The notes below the pieces were generated by a model. The model was not told the origin of the DNA. It searched no databases and saw only the letters and a program-made list of their open reading frames with translations. Both the position numbers and the translations under genes were made by a program. Of a DNA stretch of 64,000 nucleotides, positions 10,462-21,144 are shown in pieces. Position 1 is the stretch's first letter; each line of letters begins with the position of its first letter. The stretch comes from Bacilli bacterium (GTDB taxonomy: Bacteria > Bacillota_I > Bacilli_A > ML615J-28 > CAG-698). Where the stretch lies: the NCBI GenBank assembly GCA_050953085.1, contig JBMNLX010000003.1:57757-121756 (forward strand), given 5' to 3'.

Positions 10462-12321
10462 CTATTCCTTTCCCATCTTTTTAAGTACGATAAACGATAA
10501 TTTCCCAATGTTAATAACGAGCGACTCGGGATAGCCGTGGCTCGGAACCGCCTCGGTCGAAACCGTCCCGTTCGCCGTCCCCGCGCCGCCGTAAATCCGG
10601 CGGTCGCTCGAGAATACCTCGCGATAACGACCCGAAGGCGCCCCCAGTCGGTAACGCTCCCAGCCGATGCCCGCAAAATTTACGACGATCAAAAGCTCGC
10701 TCTTCCCGGCGATTCGGAGAAAACTGATTACGTTTCTTCCGGCGTCGTCGCTTTCGATCCACCGGAACCCCTCCCAGGAAAAGTCGTTCTTCCATAGACT
10801 CTCATTTTTTAGATAAAACCGGTTCAAGTCGCGGATATAGCGGCGCAGTTTCCGGTGCGCCGGATATTTAAGCAAGAGCCAGTCTAATTCGCGGCGGTAA
10901 TCCCACTCGATAAACTGCCCGAACTCATATCCCATGAAATTAAGTTTTTTCCCCGGATGGGTCATCATATAACCGTAGAATGCCCGGAAGTTGGCGAATT
11001 TTTCCCAGTAATCGCCCGGCATTTTGTCGAGGATCGATTTTTTCCCGTGAACGACCTCGTCATGGGAAATCGGCAGGATAAAGTTTTCGCTGAAGGCGTA
11101 ATAAAAGGAAAAAGTCAGCTGCCGATGATTATGGCTGCGAAAAACCGGGTCGGTGGAAATATAAGACAACGTGTCGTTCATCCACCCCATGTTCCATTTG
11201 AAGTTAAAACCGAGACCGTCGTAATGAACGGGTTTCGTGACGCGGGGAAACGCGGTCGACTCCTCGGCGATCATCATCGCCCCGGGGAAAAGCCCAAACA
11301 CCTCGGTGTTAAGTTGCTTGAGAAAATCGATCGCCTCGAGATTGTGGTTCCCGCCGTGAATGTTCGCTTCCCATTCCGTCCTGTCATAATCGAGATAGAG
11401 CATCGAGGCGACGGCGTCGACGCGCAAGCCGTCGATATGATATTTATCAAAATAAAAAACGGCGTTGGAAATCAGGAAAGATTTGACCTCGGGTTTGGCA
11501 TAATTAAAGGATCGCGTCCCCCAGCCCTTATGCTCCATGCGCAACGGGTGCGGGTCCTCGTAAACGTAGCCGCCGTCAAATTCGATTAGACCGAAATCGT
11601 CTTTCGGGAAATGCGCCGGAACCCAATCGAGAATGACGCCGATGCCGTTTTTGTGCGCCTCGTTTACCAAGTACATAAAATCGGCGGGGGTGCCGTAACG
11701 GGACGTGACGGCGTAATACCCGGTAACCTGGTAGCCCCACGAGCCCGAAAACGGGTGTTCCATTACCGGCATGATCTCGATATGGGTATATCCCATATCC
11801 TTTACGTACGGGATAAGCTCCTCCGCGATCTTCCGGTAATCGAACGGCTCGCCTCCGGGATAACGGCGCCAGGAACCGAGGTGAACCTCGTAAATATTGA
11901 CCGGTTTACTGTATACCGGTTCCCGGTCGCGTTTTTCCATCCACTCGTCGTCGGTGAACCGAAACCCCGAAAGATCGTACACTTTCGAGCAGGTATTGCC
12001 GTCGGTCTCGTTATGGTAGGAATAAGGGTCCTGCTTAAAAAAATCCCGGCCTTTATTCGTTATGTAGTATTTATAATTCGCGTAAACGGGCGCGTCTTCG
12101 ATAACCGCTTCCCAAATACCCTCGGCGGTTACTTTCGTCATCGGGTGGGAGGCGGTATTCCAATCATTGAAATCCCCGACTACCGATACAAACTCAGCAT
12201 GGGGAGCATAAACGCGAAAAGTCACGACCGGCCGGCCGTTCTTAATCGTATAATGGCTCCCCAAGTATCGATATGCCCGTGACGAAAAACGGTAATGAAA
12301 ATCGAGTCTGAATTTTTCCAT
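10462..12321 (-). CDS. glgB: 1,4-alpha-glucan branching enzyme
   Basis: 619 aa. GH13 branching-enzyme catalytic regions ([18 protein letters not shown]), an N-terminal CBM48-like domain, and first position in the operon. Confidence 0.9.
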   Translation of the reverse strand: MEKFRLDFHYRFSSRAYRYLGSHYTIKNGRPVVTFRVYAPHAEFVSVVGDFNDWNTASHPMTKVTAEGIWEAVIEDAPVYANYKYYITNKGRDFFKQDPYSYHNETDGNTCSKVYDLSGFRFTDDEWMEKRDREPVYSKPVNIYEVHLGSWRRYPGGEPFDYRKIAEELIPYVKDMGYTHIEIMPVMEHPFSGSWGYQVTGYYAVTSRYGTPADFMYLVNEAHKNGIGVILDWVPAHFPKDDFGLIEFDGGYVYEDPHPLRMEHKGWGTRSFNYAKPEVKSFLISNAVFYFDKYHIDGLRVDAVASMLYLDYDRTEWEANIHGGNHNLEAIDFLKQLNTEVFGLFPGAMMIAEESTAFPRVTKPVHYDGLGFNFKWNMGWMNDTLSYISTDPVFRSHNHRQLTFSFYYAFSENFILPISHDEVVHGKKSILDKMPGDYWEKFANFRAFYGYMMTHPGKKLNFMGYEFGQFIEWDYRRELDWLLLKYPAHRKLRRYIRDLNRFYLKNESLWKNDFSWEGFRWIESDDAGRNVISFLRIAGKSELLIVVNFAGIGWERYRLGAPSGRYREVFSSDRRIYGGAGTANGTVSTEAVPSHGYPESLVINIGKLSFIVLKKMGKE

Positions 12322-12394
12322 AAAGTCTCCTAGCCAATAACATTATACAATAAATTGCCGTTTTAGGCAATAAATATAAAGGCAGGAGCGCTTC

Positions 12395-13861
12395 TTATCG
12401 CCGGTATAATTCGGTCAGGCCGCGAATTCGGGCGGCCAGTTTATCGCTCAAGGCTTTGGGCCGCAGGCGCCACACCCAGTTTCCTCCCAGAGTGGACGGG
12501 CAGTTAAAACGGGCGCGATCGTCCAAGAACAAATAATCCTGAATCGGGATAATCGCCAGACGGCAGATCGACCCCAGGCAGGCGGAGATCGCCCGGCGAA
12601 CCGCCCGCCGGCCGCGCCCCCTGACCTGCATATATTTACAAAAATACTTATAATCTTCTTTGCTTAGGGTTTTAAGCCACCCCCTCAAGGTGGAATTGTC
12701 ATGCGTGCCGGGGTAGACGACGGCGTTACGCGTGTAGTTATGCGGGGCGTATTCGCTGTCGGTTTTGTGATCAAAACCGAATTGCAGGATCTTCATGCCC
12801 GGAAAACCGCAAGCCTCGCGCAACTCATGCACCTCGGGCGTCATAAACCCCAAATCCTCGGCAATAATTTCGGCCTCGCCCAACTCTTCTTTAACCCGGG
12901 CGAACAATTTATAGCCCGGGCCCTTAAACCAGCGCCCTTCCCGGGCGTCGCGCGCGTCGGCGCGGACCGTGTAGAACGATTCAAACCCGCGGAAATGATC
13001 GATCCTGACGACGTCAAACATCTCGAGGGCGTTTTTTATTCTTCTTATCCACCAGGAAAAACCGTCGCTTTCCATCGCCTCGTAATCATAAATCGGGTTG
13101 CCCCATAATTGGCCGGTTTCCGAATAAAGATCGGGCGGAACCCCGGCCACGACCTCCGGGCAGCGGCGCTCGTCAAGCAGCCAGTATTCCGGCTGCGACC
13201 AAACATCGGCGGAATCATAAGAAACGTAAATCGGCATGTCGCCGATGATTTTTATGCCGCGTTCGTTGGCGTAAGCCTTAAGCCGGAACCATTGGCGGAA
13301 AAACATGTGCTGGACAAATTTCCAAAACTCGACCTCGTCTTCGCGTTCGTTCAAAAAATCCGCCAGCGCTTTTTTACTGCGAATTCTGTAAGGATAATCC
13401 CACTTCGACCAGTCGACTTCCGGTTTCAAAGATTTGATCGCCATGAACAAGGCATAGTCGTCAAGCCAATGACGATGTTTTTTCTTGAATTTCTCGAACC
13501 CGGCGTCGGCGGAAAACCGTTGAAAAGCTTTTTTTAATACCGGGACGCGATGACGGTACTGATGAGCGTAATCGACTTTATCTGCCGGCGCGGCCGCCAA
13601 CGGTTGGCAATCCCCGGGGGTAAGAAGCCCTTCTTCGATAAGCAAGTTTAGATCGATAAAATAGGGGTTACCGCCGAAAGCGGAAAAAGACTGATAAGGC
13701 GAGTCGCCGTAAGAGGTCGGCCCCAAGGGCAACACCTGCCAGTATTTCTGACCGGCTTTTTCTAAAAAATCGACGAACTTAAACGCTTCGGCGCCCAAAG
13801 AGCCGATGCCGTATTCTCCCGGCAACGAACTGATATGAAGTAAAATGCCGCCTGATCTCAT
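12395..13861 (-). CDS. malQ: 4-alpha-glucanotransferase (amylomaltase)
   Basis: 488 aa with the GH77 N-terminus MRSGGILLHISSLPGEYGIGSLG and YWQVLPLGPTSYGDSPYQ. A paralog lies at 59305..60765. Confidence 0.85.
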   Translation of the reverse strand: MRSGGILLHISSLPGEYGIGSLGAEAFKFVDFLEKAGQKYWQVLPLGPTSYGDSPYQSFSAFGGNPYFIDLNLLIEEGLLTPGDCQPLAAAPADKVDYAHQYRHRVPVLKKAFQRFSADAGFEKFKKKHRHWLDDYALFMAIKSLKPEVDWSKWDYPYRIRSKKALADFLNEREDEVEFWKFVQHMFFRQWFRLKAYANERGIKIIGDMPIYVSYDSADVWSQPEYWLLDERRCPEVVAGVPPDLYSETGQLWGNPIYDYEAMESDGFSWWIRRIKNALEMFDVVRIDHFRGFESFYTVRADARDAREGRWFKGPGYKLFARVKEELGEAEIIAEDLGFMTPEVHELREACGFPGMKILQFGFDHKTDSEYAPHNYTRNAVVYPGTHDNSTLRGWLKTLSKEDYKYFCKYMQVRGRGRRAVRRAISACLGSICRLAIIPIQDYLFLDDRARFNCPSTLGGNWVWRLRPKALSDKLAARIRGLTELYRR

Positions 13862-14040
13862 CTATTGCTACTCCTCCTTGCGTTTCTAAAATTAGTGTTT
13901 GATGCGGCAGGTTTATGATTTGTTGATATCGCCAATAATAGTTTACCGATAAACGCGAGTTTTGTCAATGCAAACGAAGACGCAATTAGAATAACCGAAT
14001 CAATTTTACTAATAAAGGAAACGAAAAGTCTTGCGTATTC

Positions 14041-15000
14041 ATGGCTCTTAAGGATTATCCCGACTGGGTTCTAAAGCATAAAGGCAATGGTCGGGAGATT
14101 AGATGCATTCGCGGAAGGTATTATCTTTACCAAGTTCATTCGGAAAGGATGAACGGAAAGGTCAAGAAATTCACGGACAAATACTTGGGTCGGATTACCG
14201 AGGAAGGATTGATTCCTCCAAGGCCCAAGAAAGTCGAATATCACGCAAAGCGCTTTGGCCTTACCGCTTTTATCTTTTCCAGTTGCCGAAGGATTATCAA
14301 AGGATTGATCAAAAGATATCCTTCGAAACATAAGAAATTATTGTCGCTTGCGATCCTTAAATACTTCTTTGATAACGACTTAAGGGAATATGATAAGCAT
14401 TATATTTCCGTTCTTTTCCCGGAAGTGAAAATAAAGGAAGAGAAAATGTCGGTTCAGGACGAAATCGACCGGATTGTAGGCATGATGGATCATGCCGCGC
14501 GAAAAGAACTAAAAGGCATAGGCTTGGAAGAATTTAAGCAGTTAATATCGCCGCTTTACATCGTCGGGGTTAAAGGCGCGTGGACCGTGGCCCAATATAA
14601 TAAGGAGATTGAGGAACTAATAAAAAAACACAATATCGAAATGGAGATTGATTATGGCGAAAATCAATAAGTTTATCGTTAAATACGCGGAGATTTTTAA
14701 AGGCAACGCAATTGATTTTGATGCGGCCAAGCCGCACGACAGATTGGTTAAGCGTTTCGCGAAAATCATCCGGAAACGAGGTATTTTGGGACGACATTGA
14801 ATAATCTTCAAACCGCGGCAGAGGCGATTAAAGAGCGATGGGATGGCGAGAATCTCTTGCATCGGCGCTTGGATATGGAATTTGACGAAGATGCTAATAA
14901 AACGATGGATCCGATCGCATACAATAACTTAAGCATTATAAACAAGTTGTGTTTATCGATATTGAAGGTAGCGAAACCGATTTTTGAAAACCGAAGCTGA
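14041..15000 (+). pseudogene. Degraded IS transposase remnant (ISAs1/IS1634-like)
   Basis: Two same-frame ORFs (14041..14670 and 14797..15000) separated by in-frame stops. The second carries the transposase C-terminal motif ERWDGENLLHRRLDMEFDEDA, which resembles the ISAs1-type HWxIENxLHWxLDVxFxED motif. The first resembles a transposase N-terminus. No intact DDE core is present. Confidence 0.5.
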
Positions 15001-15282
15001 GAAGGATTAAAAAAATCAATAAACAGAGATTTATCTTCTTATCTTTCAAAAAATACTAACCTACATAAGCCCCGAGGAGATAGAGAAAATATTGACGGGA
15101 AAAATAAGCCAAGAATAATTTTTTAAAACTAAGAAATACCCCGAAAAAACCGATGATTTTTCTCATCTTATTTTGTCATGCTAATACAGTAAAAACAAGG
15201 TTACTTATGATTATATCTTATCTCTTTGATCATAAATAGCCTTGTTTTTTGTGAGTTAAATATTTTTATTTGATTATTCTAA

Positions 15283-16272
15283 TTAACGCCCGTAAACTTC
15301 CGCGGCGCGGAAAAAGGCGTCAATATTTTTCCAAGGCGTTTCGGGCGGGAGCGCGCGACCCGAGGAAAGGATAAAATTATCATAGCCGACGCAACGCGAA
15401 AGCAAATCGCGGGTAGCGTGGATAATCGCGGTGGCGTCTTCTTTCGCGAACGCGTCTGGATCGACATTTCCCATGACGATCTTTCCCGGCGGCATCGCCT
15501 TTAACATTTCCCTGACGTCAACGCCGGGACCAAAATGATAGATATCGGCGCCGATTCCCGCTATGCTTTCCGCCGCGAGCAAAACGTTCCCGCAATTATG
15601 ATAGATGACTAAAAAACCGGGATCCATGCAGCCGGCGACCAATTCTCGCAGCGGCCGGGAAGAAAACCGCTCGCACAAGTCCGCGTCAACCTCGCCGGCG
15701 GCGGGTTCGTTGATAAAAATCCCATCCGCGCCGGATTCTTTTATCGCTCTCACGTACTCTTTCAGATAGAGCGTTATTTTCTCAATGAGTTTATCGAGAA
15801 CTTCCGGTCTTTCATGCCCCAAAATCGTTATTTCCGCTTCCCCCAAAAGTTCCCTCGCGACGGTGAGCGGCCCGCTCACCCCGGCGATAACGGCGCGCTC
15901 GTCGATTATCGCTTTCGCCTTGCCGGCGGCTTTAAGAATAATCTCCTCTCTCCCCGCGCCGAGAGCCCGCGCCCGCAACCCCTTGATTTCCTCCGGCCTT
16001 ACCCGACCGCTTACATACGGCAAGCGGTCCTCGAAAAAACTTACTTTTGCCCCGAAAGCCTCTGCTTCGATTGTCGCGTCGATAACGCCGATAACGGCGT
16101 TAAAGGAACATTTATCGGCGATCGTTTTCATCGCCAGCGCTTGGTTTAACGGGGAAGAAAGTAATTCCGAAAGCGTGATTTTAAGCAGGGAAATTCCCGG
16201 ATATATCAGCAACGGCCAAGGCCTTCTGTCGCCGAAAAGTTTATTGATTAACTCGTTTGTCATCTCATTCAC
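15283..16272 (-). CDS. Uroporphyrinogen decarboxylase (URO-D) family protein / MtaA-like methyltransferase
   Basis: 329 aa. A URO-D/CmuA-MtaA family fold is inferred from overall sequence character. No specific substrate is assignable. Confidence 0.6.
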   Translation of the reverse strand: MNEMTNELINKLFGDRRPWPLLIYPGISLLKITLSELLSSPLNQALAMKTIADKCSFNAVIGVIDATIEAEAFGAKVSFFEDRLPYVSGRVRPEEIKGLRARALGAGREEIILKAAGKAKAIIDERAVIAGVSGPLTVARELLGEAEITILGHERPEVLDKLIEKITLYLKEYVRAIKESGADGIFINEPAAGEVDADLCERFSSRPLRELVAGCMDPGFLVIYHNCGNVLLAAESIAGIGADIYHFGPGVDVREMLKAMPPGKIVMGNVDPDAFAKEDATAIIHATRDLLSRCVGYDNFILSSGRALPPETPWKNIDAFFRAAEVYGR

Positions 16273-16321
16273 CGCGCGTTTTTTTATATTTTAACCAATC
16301 GGCGACGCCATAACCAAAAAT

Positions 16322-16354
16322 AAAAAAAATAATTGGCTGAAAAACCAATTATTT
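16322..16354 (-). terminator. Putative AT-rich Rho-independent terminator overlapping the stop of the flavin-reductase-like gene
   Basis: AATAATTGG-loop-CCAATTATT followed by a T8 run on the minus strand. The stem has low GC content. Confidence 0.35.
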
Positions 16355-16840
16355 TTTCAGATAATCGATAATCTCGCCTACGTACGCCCGGTGATAGTCA
16401 TCTTTCGGATAATAACGCACCTTGACCGCGGCGGGAATTAGATCCTTGTCAAGATCCTGATAATATAATTTTTTGCACACAAAGGTCAGCCGCGCTTCCT
16501 CGAAAGTAACCCCATCGCCGGCCTTCACAGGGGTGAGATTGCATTTTTTCACTTTGTCCTCGTCGCGGCCGCTATGCGAGCCGAGATAACGAAGTTTATT
16601 GTCGTATGATTCGTCGTAAAACGAAACGGTAAACACGTCCGATTTTTCCATGAACTCATAAGTATAACGGGACGGGCGAACGAAACAAATCAAGACGTTC
16701 CTGCTCCAAAGCACGCCCAAAGTCGCCCAACCGATGGTCATAACGTTAAAGTTTGAAATCGTGCCCGCGGCGAGCAAAGCAGAATCCTTGCCGACGATTT
16801 TAAAGATATTCTCGGAAAAATCATAAATGTTATTTTTCAT
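16349..16840 (-). CDS. Flavin reductase-like (FMN-binding split-barrel) family protein
   Basis: 163 aa. Conserved-domain-like region NVMTIGWATLGVLWSRNVLICFVRPSRYTYEF, typical of the flavin reductase-like family. Confidence 0.55.
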   Translation of the reverse strand: MKNNIYDFSENIFKIVGKDSALLAAGTISNFNVMTIGWATLGVLWSRNVLICFVRPSRYTYEFMEKSDVFTVSFYDESYDNKLRYLGSHSGRDEDKVKKCNLTPVKAGDGVTFEEARLTFVCKKLYYQDLDKDLIPAAVKVRYYPKDDYHRAYVGEIIDYLKK

Positions 16841-16844
16841 TTAA

Positions 16845-18485
16845 CTACCTCCTTAATATACAACTCCCGCCGATAAATTCCCTAAGCAACGAGTTGCAGG
16901 GAACGAAACCATCGTCGATGTCCTTGAAGTATTTTAAAAACTTGACCAACCGGTTGGCGGGAATAAAAAACTCGTTGTTCCGATCGATGCTTTCCAAAAC
17001 GGGCAGGGCGTATTTTTTCATGACCCCAAGCTCGTAAGTCAGCTCGGAATTAAAGATATAATCCGCTTCTTCCTGGTAAGGATAGATCCAGGTGAATTCC
17101 CCGCGCCGTACCGAAGCCCACATCGAAAACGTCTCCGACGGCGGGGTTTTCCGGAATTTCGCGTCGCGGACGATTCTCCTCAACATCCTGATTTCCGACG
17201 CGATAATCGGGTTGTGGTTATCGATATTGATCTGCGCCGTCGGGCTGATATAGATTTTAAACTTCTGGTGTTTGGGAATCGCGGCCGTCAGCCGCTCGTT
17301 CAAGGCGTGAATTCCTTCGATAATAATCGGGGTTTTCTCGTCGATTTGCAATTTATAGCCGGGAACGCGCTTGCCGAGACGGAAATCAAAATGAGGGATC
17401 TCCACTTCCTCTCCCTGAACCAAGGCGAGTAAATGCCGATTGAACAAATCAATGTCCAAGGCCTCGATATGCTCCAAGTCGGGATTCCCGTGGGCGTCAA
17501 GCGGCGCCTGCTCGCGGTTCAGATAATAATCGTCGATCGATATTTGCACCGGGCGAATGCCTCTGGTCATAAGTTCGATGCGCAGTCTTTTGGAAAACGT
17601 GGTTTTCCCCGCGCACGACGGGCCGGCGATCGCGATCAAGCGGATGTCGCCGATTTCCTCCTTAATTTTCAGCCCCAGCTCCGCAAGCATATTATTATGC
17701 TTCATTTCGCACATCTGCACGAGATCGACAACGGTTTTGTTCTCGACATGATTGTTTAAGTGAGCGATTGTGTCGGCTTCGCAAAGCGCGGACCACTCCC
17801 GCGCCTGGCGAAGCATCCGGCCGAAAGACGGGGAATCCTCAAACGGCGGGATTTTCCCTCCTAACTCGGCACGGGGATACCGGACGATAAAACTCGGGTG
17901 ATACAAATGAAGTTTAAAGCGCTCCAGGTAACCGGTCGAGGGAACCATGTAACCGAACATATAATTGATATAATCCTGGCATTGGTAAACGTTGACCGTG
18001 TCTTCGGTCCGGTATTTAATAATCTCGTTTTTGTCGTGATAGCCTTTGGCGCTGTAAATCTTGTTCGCTTCTTCCCGCGATAATTTTTTCCGTTCGATAT
18101 GGTAATCAGCGGCGACAATCGCGCGCATTTCCGCTTCCAGCGTCTCGATAAATTTCGCGTCTACTTTTTCCTTGATACCCTCGACATGACAGGCGAGCGA
18201 GCGGGACACGCTTTGACTGAAACGGACCCGGATTTCCGGGTAAAGGCGCTCAAGCGCCATAATAATCAAATAACGCAGGCTCGTCTCGTAAACCCTGACG
18301 GCGTCAAAGTTATCCAAGTCCAAAAACTCGACTTCGCAGTCGTAATTAATATAATAATTTAACTCTCGCAACCGGTTGTTGACGGTGGCGACATAACATT
18401 TAATGCCCAATTGCTTGGCGAGGTCTTTAAGAACGATTTTCTCGTCGAACCGATATTCCTCCCCTCGCACCTTAACTACAAACAT
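16845..18485 (-). CDS. Uridine kinase-family nucleoside kinase with N-terminal TGS/ThrRS-like domains
   Basis: 546 aa. The C-terminal half has a P-loop kinase Walker A (IAIAGPSCAGKTTFSKRL) and PRK/uridine-kinase-like conservation. The N-terminal ~250 aa resembles the threonyl-tRNA-synthetase TGS and second-additional domains. Confidence 0.65.
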   Translation of the reverse strand: MFVVKVRGEEYRFDEKIVLKDLAKQLGIKCYVATVNNRLRELNYYINYDCEVEFLDLDNFDAVRVYETSLRYLIIMALERLYPEIRVRFSQSVSRSLACHVEGIKEKVDAKFIETLEAEMRAIVAADYHIERKKLSREEANKIYSAKGYHDKNEIIKYRTEDTVNVYQCQDYINYMFGYMVPSTGYLERFKLHLYHPSFIVRYPRAELGGKIPPFEDSPSFGRMLRQAREWSALCEADTIAHLNNHVENKTVVDLVQMCEMKHNNMLAELGLKIKEEIGDIRLIAIAGPSCAGKTTFSKRLRIELMTRGIRPVQISIDDYYLNREQAPLDAHGNPDLEHIEALDIDLFNRHLLALVQGEEVEIPHFDFRLGKRVPGYKLQIDEKTPIIIEGIHALNERLTAAIPKHQKFKIYISPTAQINIDNHNPIIASEIRMLRRIVRDAKFRKTPPSETFSMWASVRRGEFTWIYPYQEEADYIFNSELTYELGVMKKYALPVLESIDRNNEFFIPANRLVKFLKYFKDIDDGFVPCNSLLREFIGGSCILRR

Positions 18486-19875
18486 TATTTTTCTCCTTTT
18501 GCGCCAAAGGAAGAGGCGCGTGATTATTGTTTTCCATGCTCAGCAACGGTAATATGCACGAAAACATCACCATTACCAAGGGATTATAAAACGTGGTGTC
18601 AAAGAGCCCGTGAACCATCATATTCAAAACGATAAAAAAGACGTAAATATTGTAATCGTGCCTGCGCGTTACCCCCCGCAATATCTGATACAGATAATAC
18701 AAGAAAGCCGCGAGCCCAATGATGCCGATTGTGGCAAGAGTCTGAATTAAGTAGTTATGATAATAAACGGATTCGGAGACGCGGGAAATATAAAACTGCG
18801 ACGTGTAAACGCCGCCGCCGAAAAGCGGGTATTGTTTGAACACAATGATTCCGATCTTATAAAGAATCTGCCGGCCGGTTAGCGATATGCCCCGCTTGTC
18901 AAGCGCGGCGAAATAATTCTTGACTATTTCTTTCGGAATCAGAATCGTTAGGGTAATGAGCAGGACCACGGCGAACGAAATTAGAAATATTTTCGTGAAC
19001 AACACCTTGTCCTTGATGTCGGACGTGAATTTAACCACGAAGGGAATGGCCGTAATTAAAATCGCCAGGTAAGCGCCGCGCGACATCATCAAAAATAAAA
19101 GCGCGAGCTCGATTAAAACAAAAAGCAAGAGATAATGCTTTTTCTGGTTTTTTATATAGTAATAAACCGATAACGGGATAATCATCAGCAAAATCATGGC
19201 GATGAAATTCGTTATCGCCCAACCGAGCTTGATATTCTTATCGGAAACAAAATCGGCCAGATCGGCAAAGGCTTTGGTTTCAATCATAAAAAGCAAAACC
19301 TCGACGAAGATCGCGAGCACCATATAATTCAACGACCGGGCCAAATACTGTCGGTTTTCCTCAAGCGTTTCCTTTTCCGTGACTTTATTGAAAAAATAAA
19401 GGAACAGAAAGGTATAAAAAAACATCATCGCAAATCCCATCAGCGGCGTGATGAAGTCCGGGGCGTTAACAAAAGAAAAACCCATCGCGATTAGCAAAAA
19501 CACCATTCCGACAAAGATCTTATTATTATAATTGACCTTTTTCCGATATAAATCGTATACAAGGAGCGGAAAAACGATAATACTTGCCCCAACGGCCGGC
19601 CACAAATAATCGGGGATATTCTCCAAACGCAGGGATATGATCGCGGCCGCGACCAACGGGATAAACCGTATCCGATTGATGTCAAATAATAGAATCAATA
19701 AAAAATGAATCAGTCCTACGGTTAAAATGACGGCCATCGTCTGTAATTTCCAATTTAACACGGCGGCCGCCATCACAGTTATAATGTAAAAATCGCTGTC
19801 GATGTAAGACTTAAATAATTGTTTGAAACGAACCATTTTCGGTCTTTCTAGTATATTTGCAAGATTGTTAAACAT
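18472..19875 (-). CDS. O-antigen ligase (Wzy_C)-like polytopic membrane protein
   Basis: 467 aa with more than 10 predicted transmembrane segments and the motif LMMSRGAYLAILI, which is typical of Wzy_C/O-antigen ligase domains. Confidence 0.5.
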   Translation of the reverse strand: MFNNLANILERPKMVRFKQLFKSYIDSDFYIITVMAAAVLNWKLQTMAVILTVGLIHFLLILLFDINRIRFIPLVAAAIISLRLENIPDYLWPAVGASIIVFPLLVYDLYRKKVNYNNKIFVGMVFLLIAMGFSFVNAPDFITPLMGFAMMFFYTFLFLYFFNKVTEKETLEENRQYLARSLNYMVLAIFVEVLLFMIETKAFADLADFVSDKNIKLGWAITNFIAMILLMIIPLSVYYYIKNQKKHYLLLFVLIELALLFLMMSRGAYLAILITAIPFVVKFTSDIKDKVLFTKIFLISFAVVLLITLTILIPKEIVKNYFAALDKRGISLTGRQILYKIGIIVFKQYPLFGGGVYTSQFYISRVSESVYYHNYLIQTLATIGIIGLAAFLYYLYQILRGVTRRHDYNIYVFFIVLNMMVHGLFDTTFYNPLVMVMFSCILPLLSMENNNHAPLPLAQKEKNNVCS

Positions 19876-19974
19876 ATTTAATTCCTTATCGGTCTTAAAT
19901 TTATTTAATTATATCATAGCGAATGCGGAAAAGCAATTGAGAAAAAGATTTCCGGTATTAGTTTATTCATTAAT

Positions 19975-20003
19975 AAGAAAAAAACACCACGAAAACGCAG
20001 TGT
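19975..20003 (-). terminator. Rho-independent terminator of the infC-rpmI-rplT operon
   Basis: Immediately after the rplT stop codon: ACACUGCG-UUUU-CGUGGUGU followed by a U7 run. The stem includes two G-U wobble pairs. Confidence 0.5.
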
Positions 20004-20362
20004 TATTTCGCAAGTTGTTTTTTTGCTTTATCGCAGATGCTGGAGAAAGCCGTAGCGTCGTTAACGGCGATATCGGCAAGCATTTTCCGGTTGATTTCGA
20101 TCTTCGCTTTTTTTAACCCGTGCATAAGCTGGTTGTATGACAAACCGTTAAGCCGGGCCCCGGCGTTAATCCGGGCGATCCACAGACGCCGAAAATCTCT
20201 TTTTCTCCTGCGGCGATCGCGATATGCGTAAACCAAAGATTTCATAACCTGCTGGTTAGCGGTCCGGTAAAGGGTATGTTTGGAACCATAATAGCCCTTT
20301 GCTAATTTCAATATTTTCTTTCTTCTTTTGCGCGTAACTACTCCGCCTTTTGTTCTTGGCAT
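20003..20362 (-). CDS. rplT: 50S ribosomal protein L20
   Basis: 119 aa. Unmistakable bL20 sequence, beginning [26 protein letters not shown]. Confidence 0.95.
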   Translation of the reverse strand: MPRTKGGVVTRKRRKKILKLAKGYYGSKHTLYRTANQQVMKSLVYAYRDRRRRKRDFRRLWIARINAGARLNGLSYNQLMHGLKKAKIEINRKMLADIAVNDATAFSSICDKAKKQLAK

Positions 20363-20376
20363 AAACTTTCCTCCTT

Positions 20377-20586
20377 CTACTTATTCAGAGCAATATTCGC
20401 AACCTGCTGCTTGATCCGACCCAAATCGGAACGGGAAACAGCCGACTGCTTTCTCAATTTACGGATGCGTTTTTGCGTTTTACCCGGCGCCAAATGACTA
20501 GTGCCCGGACGGCCTCGCATAATCACACCGCTGGCGGTAATTTTAATTCTTTTTTTCGTGGCCTGATGTGTTTTCATTTTAGGCAT
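20377..20586 (-). CDS. rpmI: 50S ribosomal protein L35
   Basis: 69 aa. Sequence begins [13 protein letters not shown], as in bL35. Confidence 0.95.
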   Translation of the reverse strand: MPKMKTHQATKKRIKITASGVIMRGRPGTSHLAPGKTQKRIRKLRKQSAVSRSDLGRIKQQVANIALNK

Positions 20587-20604
20587 AAAAATACACTTCC
20601 TTTT

Positions 20605-21144
20605 CTATTTATCTTTTTTAGGACTTAAAATAACTGACATGTTTCTGCCTTCCAAAGATGGCCGCGACTCAACATAAGCTATATCTTGCGTTCTTTCAAT
20701 AAAGTTGTTGAGTATTTGCATGTAGTCATTTTCGTTGCTTAACATTCGCATTCTCCGAACAAAACGCAACGTGATTTTCAACTTGTTTCCTTCGGACAAA
20801 AAGCGCCGTCCGTTTTTCAATTTCGTCTCAAAATCATTAGCGCTGATAACCGGGGAAACCCAAATTTCCTTAAGGGTAACAATCTTTTGATTCTTCCGCG
20901 ACTCTCTTGCCTTTCTTTGTTGTTCGTAGCGGAACTTACTGTAATCCATAAAGCGACAAACCGGTATTTTCGCATTCGGAGCGACGCAAACCAAATCCAA
21001 ATTTACTTCCTCGGCCATCCTGCGAGCTATGTCAATTGGTTTAACTCCTAAAGATTCGCCCTTTTCATTAACTACCAATACTTCCGGAGCTTTAATGTTT
21101 TCGTTGATTAAAGCTTCGCTTTTCCGTTCTAACGATTTACTAAT
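20605..21144 (-). CDS. infC: Translation initiation factor IF-3, starting at a non-AUG ATT codon
   Basis: The IF-3 C-terminal and N-terminal domains are conserved. The reading frame stays open upstream of the first AUG, back to an ATT preceded by AGGAGG and a 10-nt spacer. ATT is the classic infC autoregulatory start codon. Confidence 0.8.
   Translation of the reverse strand: MSKSLERKSEALINENIKAPEVLVVNEKGESLGVKPIDIARRMAEEVNLDLVCVAPNAKIPVCRFMDYSKFRYEQQRKARESRKNQKIVTLKEIWVSPVISANDFETKLKNGRRFLSEGNKLKITLRFVRRMRMLSNENDYMQILNNFIERTQDIAYVESRPSLEGRNMSVILSPKKDK

Noticed and set aside
15193-15251. Long AT-rich inverted repeat, AAAAACAAGG...CCTTGTTTTT, downstream of the URO-D-family gene. It could be a terminator or IS end.
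   Set aside because: The stem is AT-rich and the loop is about 40 nt. This is a poor fit for an intrinsic terminator, and no matching partner repeat was found elsewhere. It is noted only as weak.
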